A DNA stretch of 64,000 nucleotides from Catajapyx aquilonaris (Eukaryota), in contig KZ539116.1 in NCBI GenBank assembly GCA_000934665.2, positions 1 to 64,000 of the forward strand, given 5' to 3'. Shown here piece after piece: positions 37,269 through 49,985 of this stretch. Under the pieces are notes generated by a model. It did no database searches. It had not been told where the DNA came from and saw only the letters and a list, made by a program, of their open reading frames with translations. Position numbers and translations under genes: made by a program. Positions within the stretch are counted from its first letter, which is position 1. Each line of letters begins with the position of its first letter.

Positions 37269-38024
37269 GTATGAGGCAAAAAATAAGTAAAAATGAGGAA
37301 ATATACAACTGTAAACTATGTAGTCAGAGGCCAAAAAAGTGATGCATTCTTGTGTTTCCATGAGAGTGTGCGTGTACAGACGTGATTGAGCAGTGATATT
37401 TTTTTTTTTTTGCATTACCCCATATCTATTGCGCATATATGGGGGGTGGATTACCACCATCGGAATTATTTTTTGGAGCGTGTTAAGAAGGATCTTATTA
37501 TTATGCTCCAAGGTTGTTAGGAGGGGATGTGCAAAGTGCGTGTGCGCTGTCGAGTAGTGGTCATTTTGTGAACTCCCCCGGGTGGCTTAGTCTATCGGAA
37601 ATTGCCACCCGAAACGAAGCCAGAGAGAGCAGTGATAATAATATTAATCATAAAGCAAAATTGGTCCTCTTGCCTTTGAGTCAAGGAAAGAGGCACCCCA
37701 CAGTGCCAGATTTACAATGGACCATGGTGCAAATGTTGCAGATGAAACAGGGGCTGTTAGCCTTCGTCTATAGGTTTCATGAGTGACAGGACGGTTGTAA
37801 AACAGGAGAGGTTCTCTTCTTGGAATAAACTGGGACACTGCTGGGGGATCTCGTCCATGCACCAATTTGATTTTGAGGAAGTGGTCCTACTTCTTTGTAC
37901 GCAATACTCGAATTGTTTATTTTTAAAGGAAAAGCGAGCTGTCTTACCTTTATTGAGGGTGACCCATTCCTACTGTACCATTTTAGGTGAAATGTGAAAC
38001 CAGACAGTTTAAATATTTAAAATA

Positions 38025-38733
38025 CAGGGTGTTTCACTAGGTAGTCCCCCCAAAGAATCGGCTATATTTTTCTTGCCACTCTACTTGAAATGTGATGTTT
38101 GGTTTAAAAGTTACCTTAGTTCATGGGAATATAGAAGTATTCGCAATAACGGCTGTACCTGACCATCAACGACCTCCATACACATACTCACTCGAACACG
38201 ACTCGACCCGACTCTCCTTATCATCGAAGATCCTCCGCAGCATATCCTCATAAATGGTACAGATTGCTGGACTTTTGTTGGTTTCCAAGTTTTCTAACCT
38301 CAAGGCTCACTGTTGCAAGAACAATTCTTCAAATATCCCCATTCGCGGCTCTTTTGACAGGTGGAAACAGGATACACGGTTTCTTGTGACCAAATCATGG
38401 TGACTTTTCCGGTCATTCCAGCATCCTGTGCTTCACGTTTTCCAGTTTTTTCTTTATCTAAAGTCATCTACCACTGTATTGGTCCAAAACACTTGGTGCA
38501 GAAATCCTGACTATTAATGTCGATGTGCTGCGGAGGGCCTTCGATAATACGGACCGTCGCGTCGCGTTCGAGTGCGTGTGGAGGTCGTTAAAAGTCACGT
38601 ACAGCATTTATTGCGAATAGTTCTACATTTCCATGAACTAAGGTATAGGTTTTAAATCAAACATCATGTATCTAGGTAGAGTAGGAAGAAAAATACAGTC
38701 GATTCTTTGGCCGGACTACCTAGTGACACAGAA
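38025..38733. mobile_element. Mariner-type MITE with long (~200 bp) degenerate TIRs
   Basis: TA|cagggtgtttcactaggtagtcc / ggactacctagtga. Internal inverted pairs accttagttcatgg/ccatgaactaaggt and aacgacctcca/tggaggtcgtt. Confidence 0.78.
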
Positions 38734-38804
38734 TATGAATGAACAGAAATGAACATATCGTTGTTAATTCAGCAAACTCATTCAATATATTGGATTTACA
38801 ACCG

Positions 38805-39085
38805 AAGCAGTTTGGTGGAGTGGTTAAGGAGCCCGACTGCTAATCGGGAGGTCCTGGGTTCGAGTCCCGTGGCCGGCAATCCTAACCGTGGTTTTCTGTG
38901 GTTTCCCACGGTCCACCCATGAGAATTCCGGGGTTGCTTCCTAAATAATAGGCCACAGACGATTCCTTCCTTTCCTATCCTTGTCCCATCCATGAAGAGG
39001 TGCGGTGTCGGTGGGGAATTTCTGACCCGCACCTAGGGAGGTGTCGTATAGCTTGGCCCCCTGGGGGACTGCACACGACCCCCAA
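38805..39085 (+). mobile_element. tRNA-derived SINE with a retained GCT anticodon stem-loop
   Basis: A box tggtggagtgg, stem-loop cccga-ctgctaa-tcggg and B box ggttcgagtcc. Body ggttttctgtggtttccc...ggccacagacgattccttcc resembles insect tRNA-SINE bodies as I recall them. 3' end approximate. Confidence 0.75.
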
Positions 39086-39569
39086 CTTGAGACATTGCAC
39101 CTGCACCAGTGCCCCCCTCCCCCCCCCCCTCAAAATTGTCAAAATTGGACTTACTTGTTAGTGGATTTCACTTTATGCCCACGATATCCTCCACGTCATA
39201 TTTTAACCTTCTAATATCATATATAGCAAAAAACAGTGTCAGGACTGCGGTATAAGAATAATCCATTGCCTGTTACTTTGACGTGGTGCCAGTTGCGGCT
39301 TGTGCCGTGATTAGCTTCTTTCACAACTTGTAACTGTCAACTGAAGTATCAGTGCTGATTTCTTAATTTGTAGACCCTATTGATACAACCGACCCTGTTA
39401 TCTGCAAAATAAATATTCTTTAAATGAAAAGTGTCAAGTCAATCTTCCTCTCACTTACCTTACGTGGCGGGTGGGGTGTAACAGAATTAAGTTTTTATTA
39501 CTTTCATATGAAATTTGGCGGATTCTCATGCGTATACTGCTGGTATAGTCCTACTCCAGAGCTGAATTA

Positions 39570-39955
39570 CAGTAAAGCTTCTATAAGTGGAATCTCCATG
39601 GGACAGGAAAAACAACTTCAAGTTATAGAAGATTCGAGTTAGAGAAGTTCGGAATCTTTTAAGCACATAACTCCATAAGGAAGCCTACCTTTATATCCAG
39701 CGACGAAAGGTGTTCAAAACTTTAAAATAATAATACTGTCACTATCACACTACAATGTTCCTCATTGTTTTGTTTAGAACGGCTCTCACTCTTAATAAAG
39801 GATTCAATTGTCACAATCAGGAGATAAGGAAAAAGCCTTTCTGTACATGTGGCCTTCGACCCTTCGGCTGGGAAATGAGAAAATTTTCCGTACTCGCCAA
39901 CATGTAGGCCTACTTCGACTTAAGGAGGCTGAAAATGCATCAATATCCCATCGAA
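39570..39955. mobile_element. Truncated copy of the pogo/Tigger-like MITE at 9857-10484
   Basis: Shares long blocks such as tttatatccagcgacgaaaggtgttcaaaactt and cgacccttcggctgggaaatgagaaaattt. Confidence 0.85.
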
Positions 39956-42142
39956 AGAAAGACGTCAGCATCTACCGTATTCGTTCCGTACATACTGCAT
40001 AGTCAGACATGAAGGGATGAATACGATCAGCAGTTAGTTTAAATGTCTGAATTTCATGTTCTGTCGTTAATATATTATAGGGTATAATATTTTTATTTAT
40101 GATTTTGTGCGTGAGCCTTAACAATACTGTGAATATACAGTAGCCTACATATATATAAAATGCTCTCTTATTTCGCAGAAAGAATTACTGAAATTACTGA
40201 AATAGACTTAGCTACTATCATGCTTCTCGAATAATGTGAGGTTATAATATCAAGAAAGGCAAAAGACAGAAAAGAACGAACGAGCGGGTGAACGAAGATA
40301 CTACACTGAGTTTTTAAAAAAATACTTCTGACTGTGAGGTTTACTCTTGCTATTGTGGCACAACGAATCTGAATACCTATAATAATATCGAATTCTGGTC
40401 CAGAAGATAATAATCGGTCATGCGGGAGAAAAGGCACGCATTGAATGCACCCATATCCGATCTCGGTTCTCCGGGAGGATCGTATCGAATGCGCAGATTT
40501 GTGGTGCTAGCAGTATACAGCGTTTCATTAAAATGTCCCCACACGTTGGCAATTTTTGCACTAACTGTAAGCTGCTTAGTTTAAGCAGATACATTAAAAC
40601 AGTGACGAGAGCCTGCTGGCCCAATAACCAACGTTGCAGGCACCACTCTCCAGCACAACAATAGTAGCATGCTGCTCTTGGTTTAATCTTAAAATAATCT
40701 TAAAAGGCAGCTGCGCTGATCAACCATATTTTCCTAATCACTTCACATAATACTCCTACACAAACGCGATAACTTATCATAAATGGCTAAAAGGCGCTCA
40801 CGAAGACTTGTCATGTAATGTATGCAATAATTTCCGCGGTACTGTATCTTGTCTCAAATGTATGAATGACTGAATGAACGAGCTCCCGCGAATTTCTTAT
40901 CTCCCTACGTTGTCTATTTTGGGTCGGAGTATGGGAATGGATTGTTTCAGATAAGGCGGTGTGTCAACTCATGGAACCTTGCAGTGTATAGCCTAGATCT
41001 CGAGGCTCCGTTTGTCAACTCCGACTTTTACGACTGAATGCAATATAATCACTTCTTTTCCCAGATGAATGGGCTTAATTTTCAAATGCAATACCTTTAT
41101 CTGAATCTTATTCAGCATAGGATTCTCTTACCTCGATGAGTCCCTTTTCCATATTTGCTAAGGGAGTATTACTGCCCATGATGATGCAAGTGATATGATC
41201 AAATAATTCTTATATGACCTACCATGAAATCTTGTCTATACATATATACGTAGTAGTACCGGTATGTCGTAAAAAACCGACAATGATTGCTGCACATTTG
41301 GATGTACTGTACACGCAAGTTAGGCCTTATCGTATTGCGTGCCACAGACATGGCTTAATCACACTATAACGCTTACGGTATACTTAAAGTCAGTGCCAGC
41401 AAGGACAGTGCATCAAAATAAGCATATACGAGTCTGCAACAACCTGCAGTGACAAGAATCGGAATCATAATGGTAGACTATATAATATAATTACGTCGCT
41501 GTTTCCCTCTGAGAGTTCCTATTTTCACAAACTCGACCAAATATTCCAAGAGATATGCATGCTTACTGTAACCTGGTCTCTGCAAAATTCACGAAATTTC
41601 AGTTCCTGCGGTATTACAAAAAATCGCAGGACAACAGATGCGATACTGTATTCCCCGAGAACCCTATAGTATCTACTATTACAACAGCAGAAAGCAGTAA
41701 GGTTGTCCAAAGGCATTATGTCGTTCTACCACACTAAACTACCACAAAACATTACAGTGTGATGCAAAAGTTCCGCGCTTTTCGTTACCCCTGTCATGCT
41801 CAGTTACTCAATTAATTACCAATCAATTCATCACTGTAACTTATTAGAAAACACGACTCGAGCTCATCCCTTATCGAAAAGTCTTTGTCTTTCGTCTAAA
41901 AGCCATCATCAAACATTTAATCCATACGAATGCATATGTAATGCAACATGTCACACACGTGGACATGAATTCAAAATACTTTCTGCAACATTCAGATGCA
42001 CAACCACAAGTTTTCAACCCCACAATTTCTCAAGAAAGTTCGGTACATCCTGAAAGAATCCATATGACATCTCAAGTTGGAGTGTGTCTCACACCTTCCT
42101 GCAGGATCAGTTAAAAAAAGGGGGGGGTGGGGGGGTGGGGGG

Positions 42143-42288
42143 NNNNNNNNNNNNNNNNNNNNNNNNNNNNNNNNNNNNNNNNNNNNNNNNNNNNNNNNNN
42201 NNNNNNNNNNNNNNNNNNNNNNNNNNNNNNNNNNNNNNNNNNNNNNNNNNNNNNNNNNNNNNNNNNNNNNNNNNNNNNNNNNNNNNNN
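42143..42288. other. Assembly gap flanked by a G-run and (GA)n
   Basis: Run of N. Confidence 0.99.
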
Positions 42289-42326
<38 letters not shown>

Positions 42327-43009
42327 CTTGGCGAGGCGCGGAATGAGGCAGAGGAGGGCGAGGCCTCCCTCCGAGGCCTGTCAACTGCAGGCGCTCCACC
42401 AGCGCCATATCCCCCCCATTCCACCCCCCTAAAACCCGCTCCCAAAAACTGCAAGGGGAAAGGCGGTAGAGGGAAGGGAAAAGAGGGTGGGGAGGACACA
42501 GGCCCACCAACAGGGTTGTGCCGGGGATGTTGGTCGCCGTGGTCCACATACGATTCTGGGAGACTTGAACGCACGGGGGTGACACGCTGGCAAGAGCAAG
42601 GTTTTCAGAAAAAAAAGTAATATTTTTTATTTATTACATGTACTGCTACATGTCATGTACCCTGTAACACTTTTTGGAGCAATGATTGCACAATTTTAGG
42701 ATGGACGATTTAGTCAACCCATTTGAATTTTGAGGCTCCTACAAAGTGGAGGAAATGATTGGGACTACATTTGAAAATTCTTACATATTGGACACGGCTC
42801 TGTCCAGTTAAGACTCGGTATACAAAGTTTTTTTTTCCTACTTGCTAAATGCACAACTGTGGCAACCGTGGCAGAAAAATCTAAGGCTGAAATTTGATAA
42901 TTATGACAATGAAGTTCGTACCGCACGAAAATGAATGCAACTTTACAAGGCCTTATTTCTTCTCGTGGCCTTTTATAACTTATATGGCTGAGAGCAGCGT
43001 AATCAAGGG

Positions 43010-43165
43010 TGAAATGGTGCTGTAGGAGCTAACGTCATGGCCTTCCAGCTCTGAAATCCCACGTTCGAACATCGGGTCGGGCAAAGGATTTCCGCAAGAG
43101 TTTCCACGGCTATCTCCACGGGTTTACCCCGGATTTTCTAGTTTTCCTCCACTGTCTAGAACTCT
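43010..43165 (+). mobile_element. Degenerate tRNA-derived SINE
   Basis: B-box-like gttcgaacatc. Core ccacgggtttaccccggattttctagttttcctcc is similar to the element at 33358. Confidence 0.5.
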
Positions 43166-43430
43166 CTTCCCTTTATGATCCGTCTTTGCTTGGCCATGAT
43201 TTAAATGGTCCAATGACGATAAGGCCCCTTCGGGCCAGTACACTTCACCCCTACGAACCAATATCAGACAAAATCTGTGAGGACATTATGCCTGAATACC
43301 ACACTGAAGAACAAGGCCATTATAAACTCCGTGCACTATTAACTTCACAGCCAGCTTTCAAATATTTTTTGACTTTGACATTTTTGTCATGGTCGCCGTT
43401 GTTCTCAGCAAGCACTGACAATAGTTAATA

Positions 43431-43602
43431 CACTGAAAAACAAAATTACTGGATTTATTTGGCGCTCTTCTGGAAGGAAACACCAAAAAATGTTCTCAGG
43501 AAGGGTAGGAATACCTCGGTACCATGCTTAATCCATTTTGACCTAGTGTTTCCTTCTCAGCATATCACCAAAAAAATCATTTAATATTTATGTTCTTCAG
43601 TG
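43431..43602. mobile_element. Small palindromic MITE with CACTG termini (CACTA/EnSpm-like)
   Basis: cactgaaaaacaaaa...ttttatgttcttcagtg, with inner pair gaaggaaacac/gtgtttccttc. Confidence 0.55.
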
Positions 43603-44045
43603 CATAGTTGACACAGGTGCCATATGCAAGGATGGCCCTGTGACCGTGTACTCGTCCTCTTCAAAATACAGAAGAGCCATCCGAAAAGAATAGGTCGACT
43701 ACGGGCCACATCAGACTAGTTGCTCAAAACACACAAACGACAAACTCCTGCTCGTAAGAAACTATATTGATGTATATTTTGCATCCTCCAACAATATATT
43801 AGACAATCTTTTTGATCTGCATAGGCTGCATATAAGTTAAGTATATTTTTTTTGTGCTTTCTACATCGTCGCCATATACGCGACTCAAAGTCGAGCTGAG
43901 TGAATACTGCACTTTCTGCTACTGCTGCCCACAAGAGAAAATCTCAGGTCATGGAAGCGCCCTGAATTCTTGTCTGTGGTTCTGATGCGGGTGACAGTGG
44001 ATGAAATGGAATGCAATTTTAATCTCTCCTAATCTATTGCCATTC

Positions 44046-44148
44046 TCAAAGGTGAGTCGTGTCCTCCTTCAAATTAGCCGCGTCTCTGTCAAGAAGACAA
44101 ACGTTATGAGTTGGTAAACTTGTGGAGTACCCAAAAGGAAAATGGAGC
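44046..44148 (-). CDS. SLC22-like candidate last exon (…DAANLKEDTTHL*)
   Basis: Phase-2 acceptor tttttctacag|G; an alternative in-frame acceptor starts the exon at 44085. Ends in T-H-L, a class I PDZ-binding-type terminus common in SLC22 proteins. Confidence 0.6.
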
Positions 44149-44317
44149 CTGTAGAAAAATATTTGACCAGTGGTTTCATATAACATGCCATTAAAAGAGA
44201 TGTGTATCCAGTGGGTTATTACACTCATCCTGTTCGCTAGGAAACTTTTGGTCTCGTTCTCATGGATGTCACTCTCCCCCTCTGTCCTTTATCGAGACTG
44301 GGTCAAAGTGTGCTTAC

Positions 44318-44460
44318 CGGGCTTCCCGCCACTTCTCAACGTCTGCTACGGTTTCATGAAGTCTCTCGTTCTTTGTCTCCGGCAGAAGGAGTGACACCAC
44401 CCCCGCTGCCCCCGATATGACGGCAAAAAACACTCCAGGTAGTAACTGATACTGCTCTCC
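44318..44460 (-). CDS. SLC22-like exon 9 (GEQYQLLPGVFFAVISGAAGVVSLLLPETKNERLHETVADVEKWREA)
   Basis: TM12 plus the LPETK...L.ET..DVE motif. Acceptor gtctttatag| and donor CG|gtaagc. Confidence 0.88.
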
Positions 44461-45330
44461 CTATAAAGACACAAAAATCAATCATCACTTGGGAAGAGGT
44501 TTGCTTAGTGAACTGATGCGCCTATATTTTTAGCAATTCTGGAATTTTCAAGTTTTCCTTACCCCTTACTCCCGCGACATATTGCCTGGGACTGGGAAAA
44601 TCGCCTATTTCGTGCTCGCGACTGCACGTGTGACGTCACAGCACTGATATTCGAAATAGAGCTTGCCAAAAGAATTGACTTGCAATCGGAAATTCATTGC
44701 ATTTGAGAGCTTGAATAGATATTCAATTCCGCCAAATGTTAGCAGCTCATACCTAACTACTAAAATTATACGCCAAAGTAACTGCTTAAAAATAGGCAAC
44801 GTAGAGCCACAAATATCGATAACTACAAGTAAAACAGACAATATATTCAATTTCGAATATCCTGCCTTGCTTCGCCGCTGGGTGTCAACAACAAAGCAAT
44901 TTGCAGCGTTACATTTAAAATTTCACAGAAATGCTGCCTTCAAACCATTGACCGCAGTCAAAAAAATTAAATGTAAATATTGATGTGGTCGTCAAATTCG
45001 CGGTAGGCCTACCATTTAAAAACGTTCCATCAGACGCAATTTCTCCCTTGGAAAGTTTGATGCATCATGATGCATCACAATTTGCTTCCTTTCAAAAAAT
45101 CCCACTAGCAGTACCTTTTCCCGCACAAGATTACCATTCGGGGGGGGGGGGGGGGGAGCAAACGAAAANGGGAGCATACGAAAAAGTGTGGGAATGAGTT
45201 CGAAGTCGCAGCAGAAATGTTGTGTATGGAGTACAGGCCAAAGCAATCTGGCCAGCCCCAGGGAGCTTCAATGAAAGAGCAAGAAGTGTGGTGGGGGAAG
45301 GAGAGGTAGGAAAAAGTCACTTCTACGAAC

Positions 45331-45515
45331 CAAATAGTCGACGACGACAGGAGCCATCATGCCGCCGATGCGACTGTGAAGAGAACCCACGTTGACTGCC
45401 CCACTGCGAACTTCGGTTGGGTACAGCTCCGAAGTGTACAGGTACACTAAGGCAAAGTTGACGGCCACGAACACGTTGCATACAATCAGAATGGACGCTC
45501 CTAGCCATGGAATAT
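45331..45515 (-). CDS. SLC22-like exon 8 (DIPWL...VYLYTSELYPTEVRS...SRIGGMMAP...DYL)
   Basis: YTSELYPT.VR and SRIGG.MAP motifs. Acceptor cttgcag| and donor TTG|gttcgt. Confidence 0.9.
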
Positions 45516-45695
45516 CTGCAAGACAATGGCGTTCAACAAACAATACAATCAAGAACAAAAAAGTTAGGTCCGGAGCTGCAAACAGTTGTCTCAAACGCTA
45601 TATTATAGAGTAGACTAGAAGTCACTAGCTTCACAGTGAACTGGTTGGAGCACCTGACCCTGGTCCACTCCACACCAGTGCACTGATGAACTCAC

Positions 45696-46062
45696 CTCCA
45701 GGAACGAAGATAAATGCAGTAAACGAAGCAGACAGAAGAAGAAAGCAGGATGAATATATCCACCTCCGGCCAAAGCGAGCCAGAGGCATGATAATTGCCA
45801 ATCGAACCAGGAAGGTCTGTAAGCCGGCCAAGAACTTGAAGAGGTAGATGTTGATGGGCAGTCTGGTGGCAATGAAGGGGATGCCATAGCTGGCACTGGC
45901 AATGCACAGCCATGTAAAAAACATCTTGAAGCTGCGGGATCTCATTTCTGGAGTCCGCCAGAGGACCAGAACTCGCCGCCATCCTCCATTATTCTTCTGA
46001 GGCGGCTCCAGCTGCTCCTCGTCTTCCGGTTCGTCACCACCGCCTCTTCTTTCAGGCTCCTC
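45696..46062 (-). CDS. SLC22-like exon 7 (EEPERR...LWRTPEMRSRSFKMFFTW...RFGRRW...FVPG)
   Basis: RTP.MR, second RFGRR motif and TM7-9. Acceptor aatatag| and donor G|gtgagt; phases consistent. Confidence 0.88.
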
Positions 46063-46224
46063 CTATATTATAGGAATGATTATAGAGACTGAATGTTATC
46101 CAAAGAGTAGATAGATCGGGGATGAACTTTTTCGGATGATTATAATGCATGACGAAAGCAGACGATCAAGATGCCTATCATTCGGCACAAGAAAATTGCG
46201 CAATTAAGGTTCTTGGACACTCAC

Positions 46225-46375
46225 ATTTTCTTTCATAGCTTGAATCATGGCAGCTAGTTGTTGAGAGTCGATGGAATGTTTCTTGCCGTTTCTTCTGGCA
46301 GCAGCGGTCAACACCTCAGTAGCTTCATCTATTCTGCCTTTTACCAGGAGCCAACGTGGCGATTCCGGTAAAATC
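46225..46375 (-). CDS. SLC22-like exon 6 (ILPESPRWLLVKGRIDEATEVLTAAARRNG...)
   Basis: PESPRWL motif. Acceptor cctacacag| and donor AAT|gtgagt. Confidence 0.92.
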
Positions 46376-47190
46376 CTGTGTAGGAGCGCAATAGTGCATC
46401 AAAAACTCTGTCGCATAATGGTACAACAGAAAAACTGGCTCTGTCATGACCAAAGGGTGTGACATCACAGGGAAGTGACTTTTTATCATGATTACTTCCT
46501 CCTACATAACCCACTGTTGACAGAAGGGTTGTATACGGTTGTATAAGTACTGCAGTCAACATTTCGTAGCTGTAGGCAATGACATTGGCTGACTATATGC
46601 TCATATGCCCAAAGGGATATTGAGTCATCGACTACAGCGTAACTGCAAATATGCCCCAAAGCAATTCCTGACGAAAGCACAGCACAGAATCAGTGAGAAC
46701 AACGGTTCTCTTCACTTAGTGATCTTTATTATTTTCCATCCGCCAAGTAAATTTTCTTTTGAGCAATGCTTTCAACATCTAGGCTCTGAAAAGGAAAGCA
46801 CAAACCGTAATCTCAACGATAATTCGCCTATTTCCGGGACGTTTCCATCTGACCCAAACTTCCTATACTCCATACCTATCGCTCGCGTCCCCATACCCGA
46901 TTTGACCTGAATCCCTCCCGAACCCAAACAGATCAGTATGTGAATCAGAGAGGTTTAGGAAAGGTACAGAGTGAGAAGTAGTCGGGCATGGTGTCCTCTG
47001 GAGCTCACTTATCTGGCAGTCGGATTTCAGGAACAGAAGGCAGGAGCGTGAGAGGAGCAGGCTCGACACCGTGTAAAAAGTATATTAGCGTCGCTAATAT
47101 CGTATGAAAGCTCCCTGTGTGATGTCATACCTCTACTGACATCCAGTCTCCCTGCAGTTATAATTCACTAGGTATATGAGACCAACTGAC

Positions 47191-47359
47191 CAGTAATACA
47201 GAAGCATGACGCACGCAACGGCCAGCCCAGGATAATACAATGTTCTCCAGTCCCTGATATAATGGCCCACCACAGCCCAAATCATTCCACCTGTCGGTGG
47301 TCCCAGGTCAAACAGCATGGACGTCAATCCCCTCCATTGCACACCAGCCAATTCTACGA
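47191..47359 (-). CDS. SLC22-like exon 5 (VELAGVQWRG...HYIRDWRTL...YYW)
   Basis: E..G...RG and IRDWR motifs; 169 nt. Acceptor ccatag| and donor TG|gtcagt. Confidence 0.9.
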
Positions 47360-47420
47360 CTATGGACAAGGAGTTAAGGTTAATCAGCGACACTATTTTA
47401 AAAAGAGGTCAAAATCTTAC

Positions 47421-47575
47421 TGAAGACATGGCAGGCAGCAAACACTCCCATGGTTCCCATGCCGGTGATTAGGACAGCCAGTAGAAATGTTTCGTAGACA
47501 GGAGAGAATGTCGCACATACGCTGCCCAACATGACCAATATGACACTGGGCATGATGGCCTTTCGACGCCCAAAC
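47421..47575 (-). CDS. SLC22-like exon 4 (FGRRKAIMPSV...GVFAACHVF)
   Basis: Completes MFS motif A (DRFGRRK); 155 nt. Acceptor aacag| and donor |gtaaga. Confidence 0.9.
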
Positions 47576-47645
47576 CTGTTTCAGTCAAAAACAATCTCGT
47601 AACTATAACTGCACGTTAATCTCCGTATCAATTAACGGTATTTAC

Positions 47646-47749
47646 CTGTCAGCTATTGGACCGAACACTAACGAGCCTATGAAGACCCCTGCCATGTAAG
47701 TGACTTGGATGGCGGGGCGGAGAGCTGTTCGGTCACACACCAGATCCCA
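47646..47749 (-). CDS. SLC22-like exon 3 (WDLVCDR...[18 protein letters not shown])
   Basis: WDLVC motif; 104 nt. Acceptor ttttag| and donor AG|gtaaa. Confidence 0.92.
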
Positions 47750-48259
47750 CTAAAACAAAATTGGGATAATTGTTGTTTTCTCCAGCTTTTGTGAAATAAT
47801 ACTAATAAGTTTACACCTGATGACTGGGGCTTCTATGTATAGATCCTCTTTCTTCTGCTAATTTCAGCTCATACTTGAGGAAAATCAAGTTGCATACCCA
47901 ATGCTGCTGAACACAAGGCTATTCACTATACGTACTGGCTGGATCCCCTCTCCTTTCCCCCCTAGAATATGCATATTAAATGCGACATTAAAATAATTTT
48001 TGAAGAGGCCTGAGGGGTAGGGAACTCGGATAATCTATTCAGCACGCGAAGTTAAAATTCAGAAAATGAGGTTAAAGGGGGAAGAAATTTAAACATACGC
48101 CACCAATATGTGGACTCGTCTTCAGAAACCCTTGGCTTTCCCCACATATCATTATGCTATTAGTAACATGCACATCCTGTACGCGCTCGGGGAAAAAGCT
48201 GGGTTCCTATAAATATTCCACATTAATTGGTCTCCGCAGGTTGTGTCCTTATAACTCAC

Positions 48260-48437
48260 CTCCATGACCGTGGTGGACGAGAATACGGAGGTGTCATATT
48301 CCCACGTACTGCATGGCACCTGGCGGTCCCTCTTGGCTAATAATATGGCTTCTTCATAGGAATGATGAGCGAGCTCCGCATAGTCCAGGTAATACATGTA
48401 GCAACGACTGTGAAGTATTTTTCCATTGCGATCTTCC
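48260..48437 (-). CDS. SLC22-like exon 2 (extracellular loop: SRCYMY...VPCSTWEYDTSVFSSTTVME)
   Basis: C..WEYD.S....T.V.E motif. Acceptor ttcag|G; donor GAG|gtgagt. Confidence 0.9.
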
Positions 48438-48685
48438 CTGAATCGAGACAAGCATAATTCTTAAAATGCAGCATATGACGAACATTATTATTTTCAAAGT
48501 CTTACTATAATTATGATCAAGTATATGATAGTAATCTACCACTTCTCTCCCTCTCTCCACTTATACATAATGTATTTGATAAATCGTGCTATTAACTACA
48601 GTACTTCCATATCCCAAAGTATGGCTGAAAAATATTCAAGATGACGCAACATATTACACCTGATCTATTGTGTATGTGTCTTACC

Positions 48686-49320
48686 CACACTCACCCATCT
48701 CTATGAGAAGTAACATTTTTTTCAATAATTTTATTTCTATCAAAACCCGCCAGTGTGACGTAAATAATTAATTTTTTTTGGAAAGCTTACTTGGGTATTT
48801 AAGTCACAAAAGGACGGAAAGGCAAAGCAGTGCATCGGACCCAAAATACATTTTGTGGCCGTATTCCCGATGGCGAAATGCGTTAAAGCTTGTTTGAGTT
48901 GCTCCAAAATGTAGCGGCAATTCTGTATTACTGCCTGTTTCATGGCTACTAGATTCCATTCTTCCATGACATCAACGTTCGTGTAAGCTCATGCAAGAAT
49001 ACGGCATGTTCTTGTAAGTGAGTCCCTGAGATATAACACACCGAAAAATTATGCAATTTAACATTTCATATCTATGCCTGTTTCAATATCACGTACAATA
49101 GTGCAGCTTCATGGGCATTGACGTCATGGAAGAATGGAATCTATAGTAGCCATGAAATAGGCAGTAATTACCCCCAACATTTTGGAGCAACTCTGACACG
49201 CAATAACCCGTTAGGTCGAAGATTGTGATTATTTACATCACACTGAAGCATTTTGATTGAAGTAAAATTATTGAACAAAAAAAGTTACTTCTCACACAGG
49301 TAGCCGGATGAGAGTGTAGT
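48686..49320. mobile_element. Foldback MITE in SLC22 intron 1
   Basis: Inverted arms: tgagaagtaac.ttttttttcaataattttatttc / gaagtaaaattattgaacaaaaaaagttactttctca, and tttcatggctactagattccattcttccatgac / gtcatggaagaatggaatctatagtagccatgaaa. Confidence 0.8.
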
Positions 49321-49985
49321 TGATTGTTATCGACAGCCTATCATTTCCCGGTAGTGGTTGCGCAACTTGCCATTCTCCTTGACTTCCTTACCCAACGTGT
49401 CTAAACGAGCATGCTTCAAGTGCATCTCGAATTGCACCAGGCAATCAAACCCTTCCGTAAGATGTTTATTGTGAAAGGTTACGCAAATTATACTAAGAAG
49501 ATTATGCCCCAAACCAGGCAACCCCTCGTATCGATTGGGACACTATAAGCAATCAGCACATCACTAACCCCAAAATCAGTAATAAAAGTCAGCAGTAAAA
49601 AATTAACAAGACAAGCAAGATTGTACTGAATTGCTTTTTCGCCCTCTCTTAACACTAAGTAGGCTATTAATTGACGACTCAGGTAACCGCGAAAAAATTG
49701 TGTGTCATCAATTCCCCAATCCTAATAGCAACAATTCATTTTGGGGGCCGTATGTTAAGACCTTAACGTATACTGTTATTGAGCAAACCTCCACACGTCA
49801 GCATTACGTTCGTCAATATTGCGATTATAATGACACGAGGGAGGGCGGAGGGAGAGGGAAGGGCACACACTACAGATCATTATGAAACTAACTACACCCT
49901 TGATAACATGAGTGCTTGTTGCTCAGTAACATAGCCTATCAATATTAATACTCTTTATATACCGTCTTGACGATATATTGCAACC

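Noticed and set aside
38805..38880. tRNA-Ser(GCT) gene
   Set aside because: The acceptor stem does not pair, there is no Ser-type variable arm, and it continues into a SINE body.
41992..42620. Long ORFs spanning X runs
   Set aside because: Open only because of the N gap and the (GA)n repeat.
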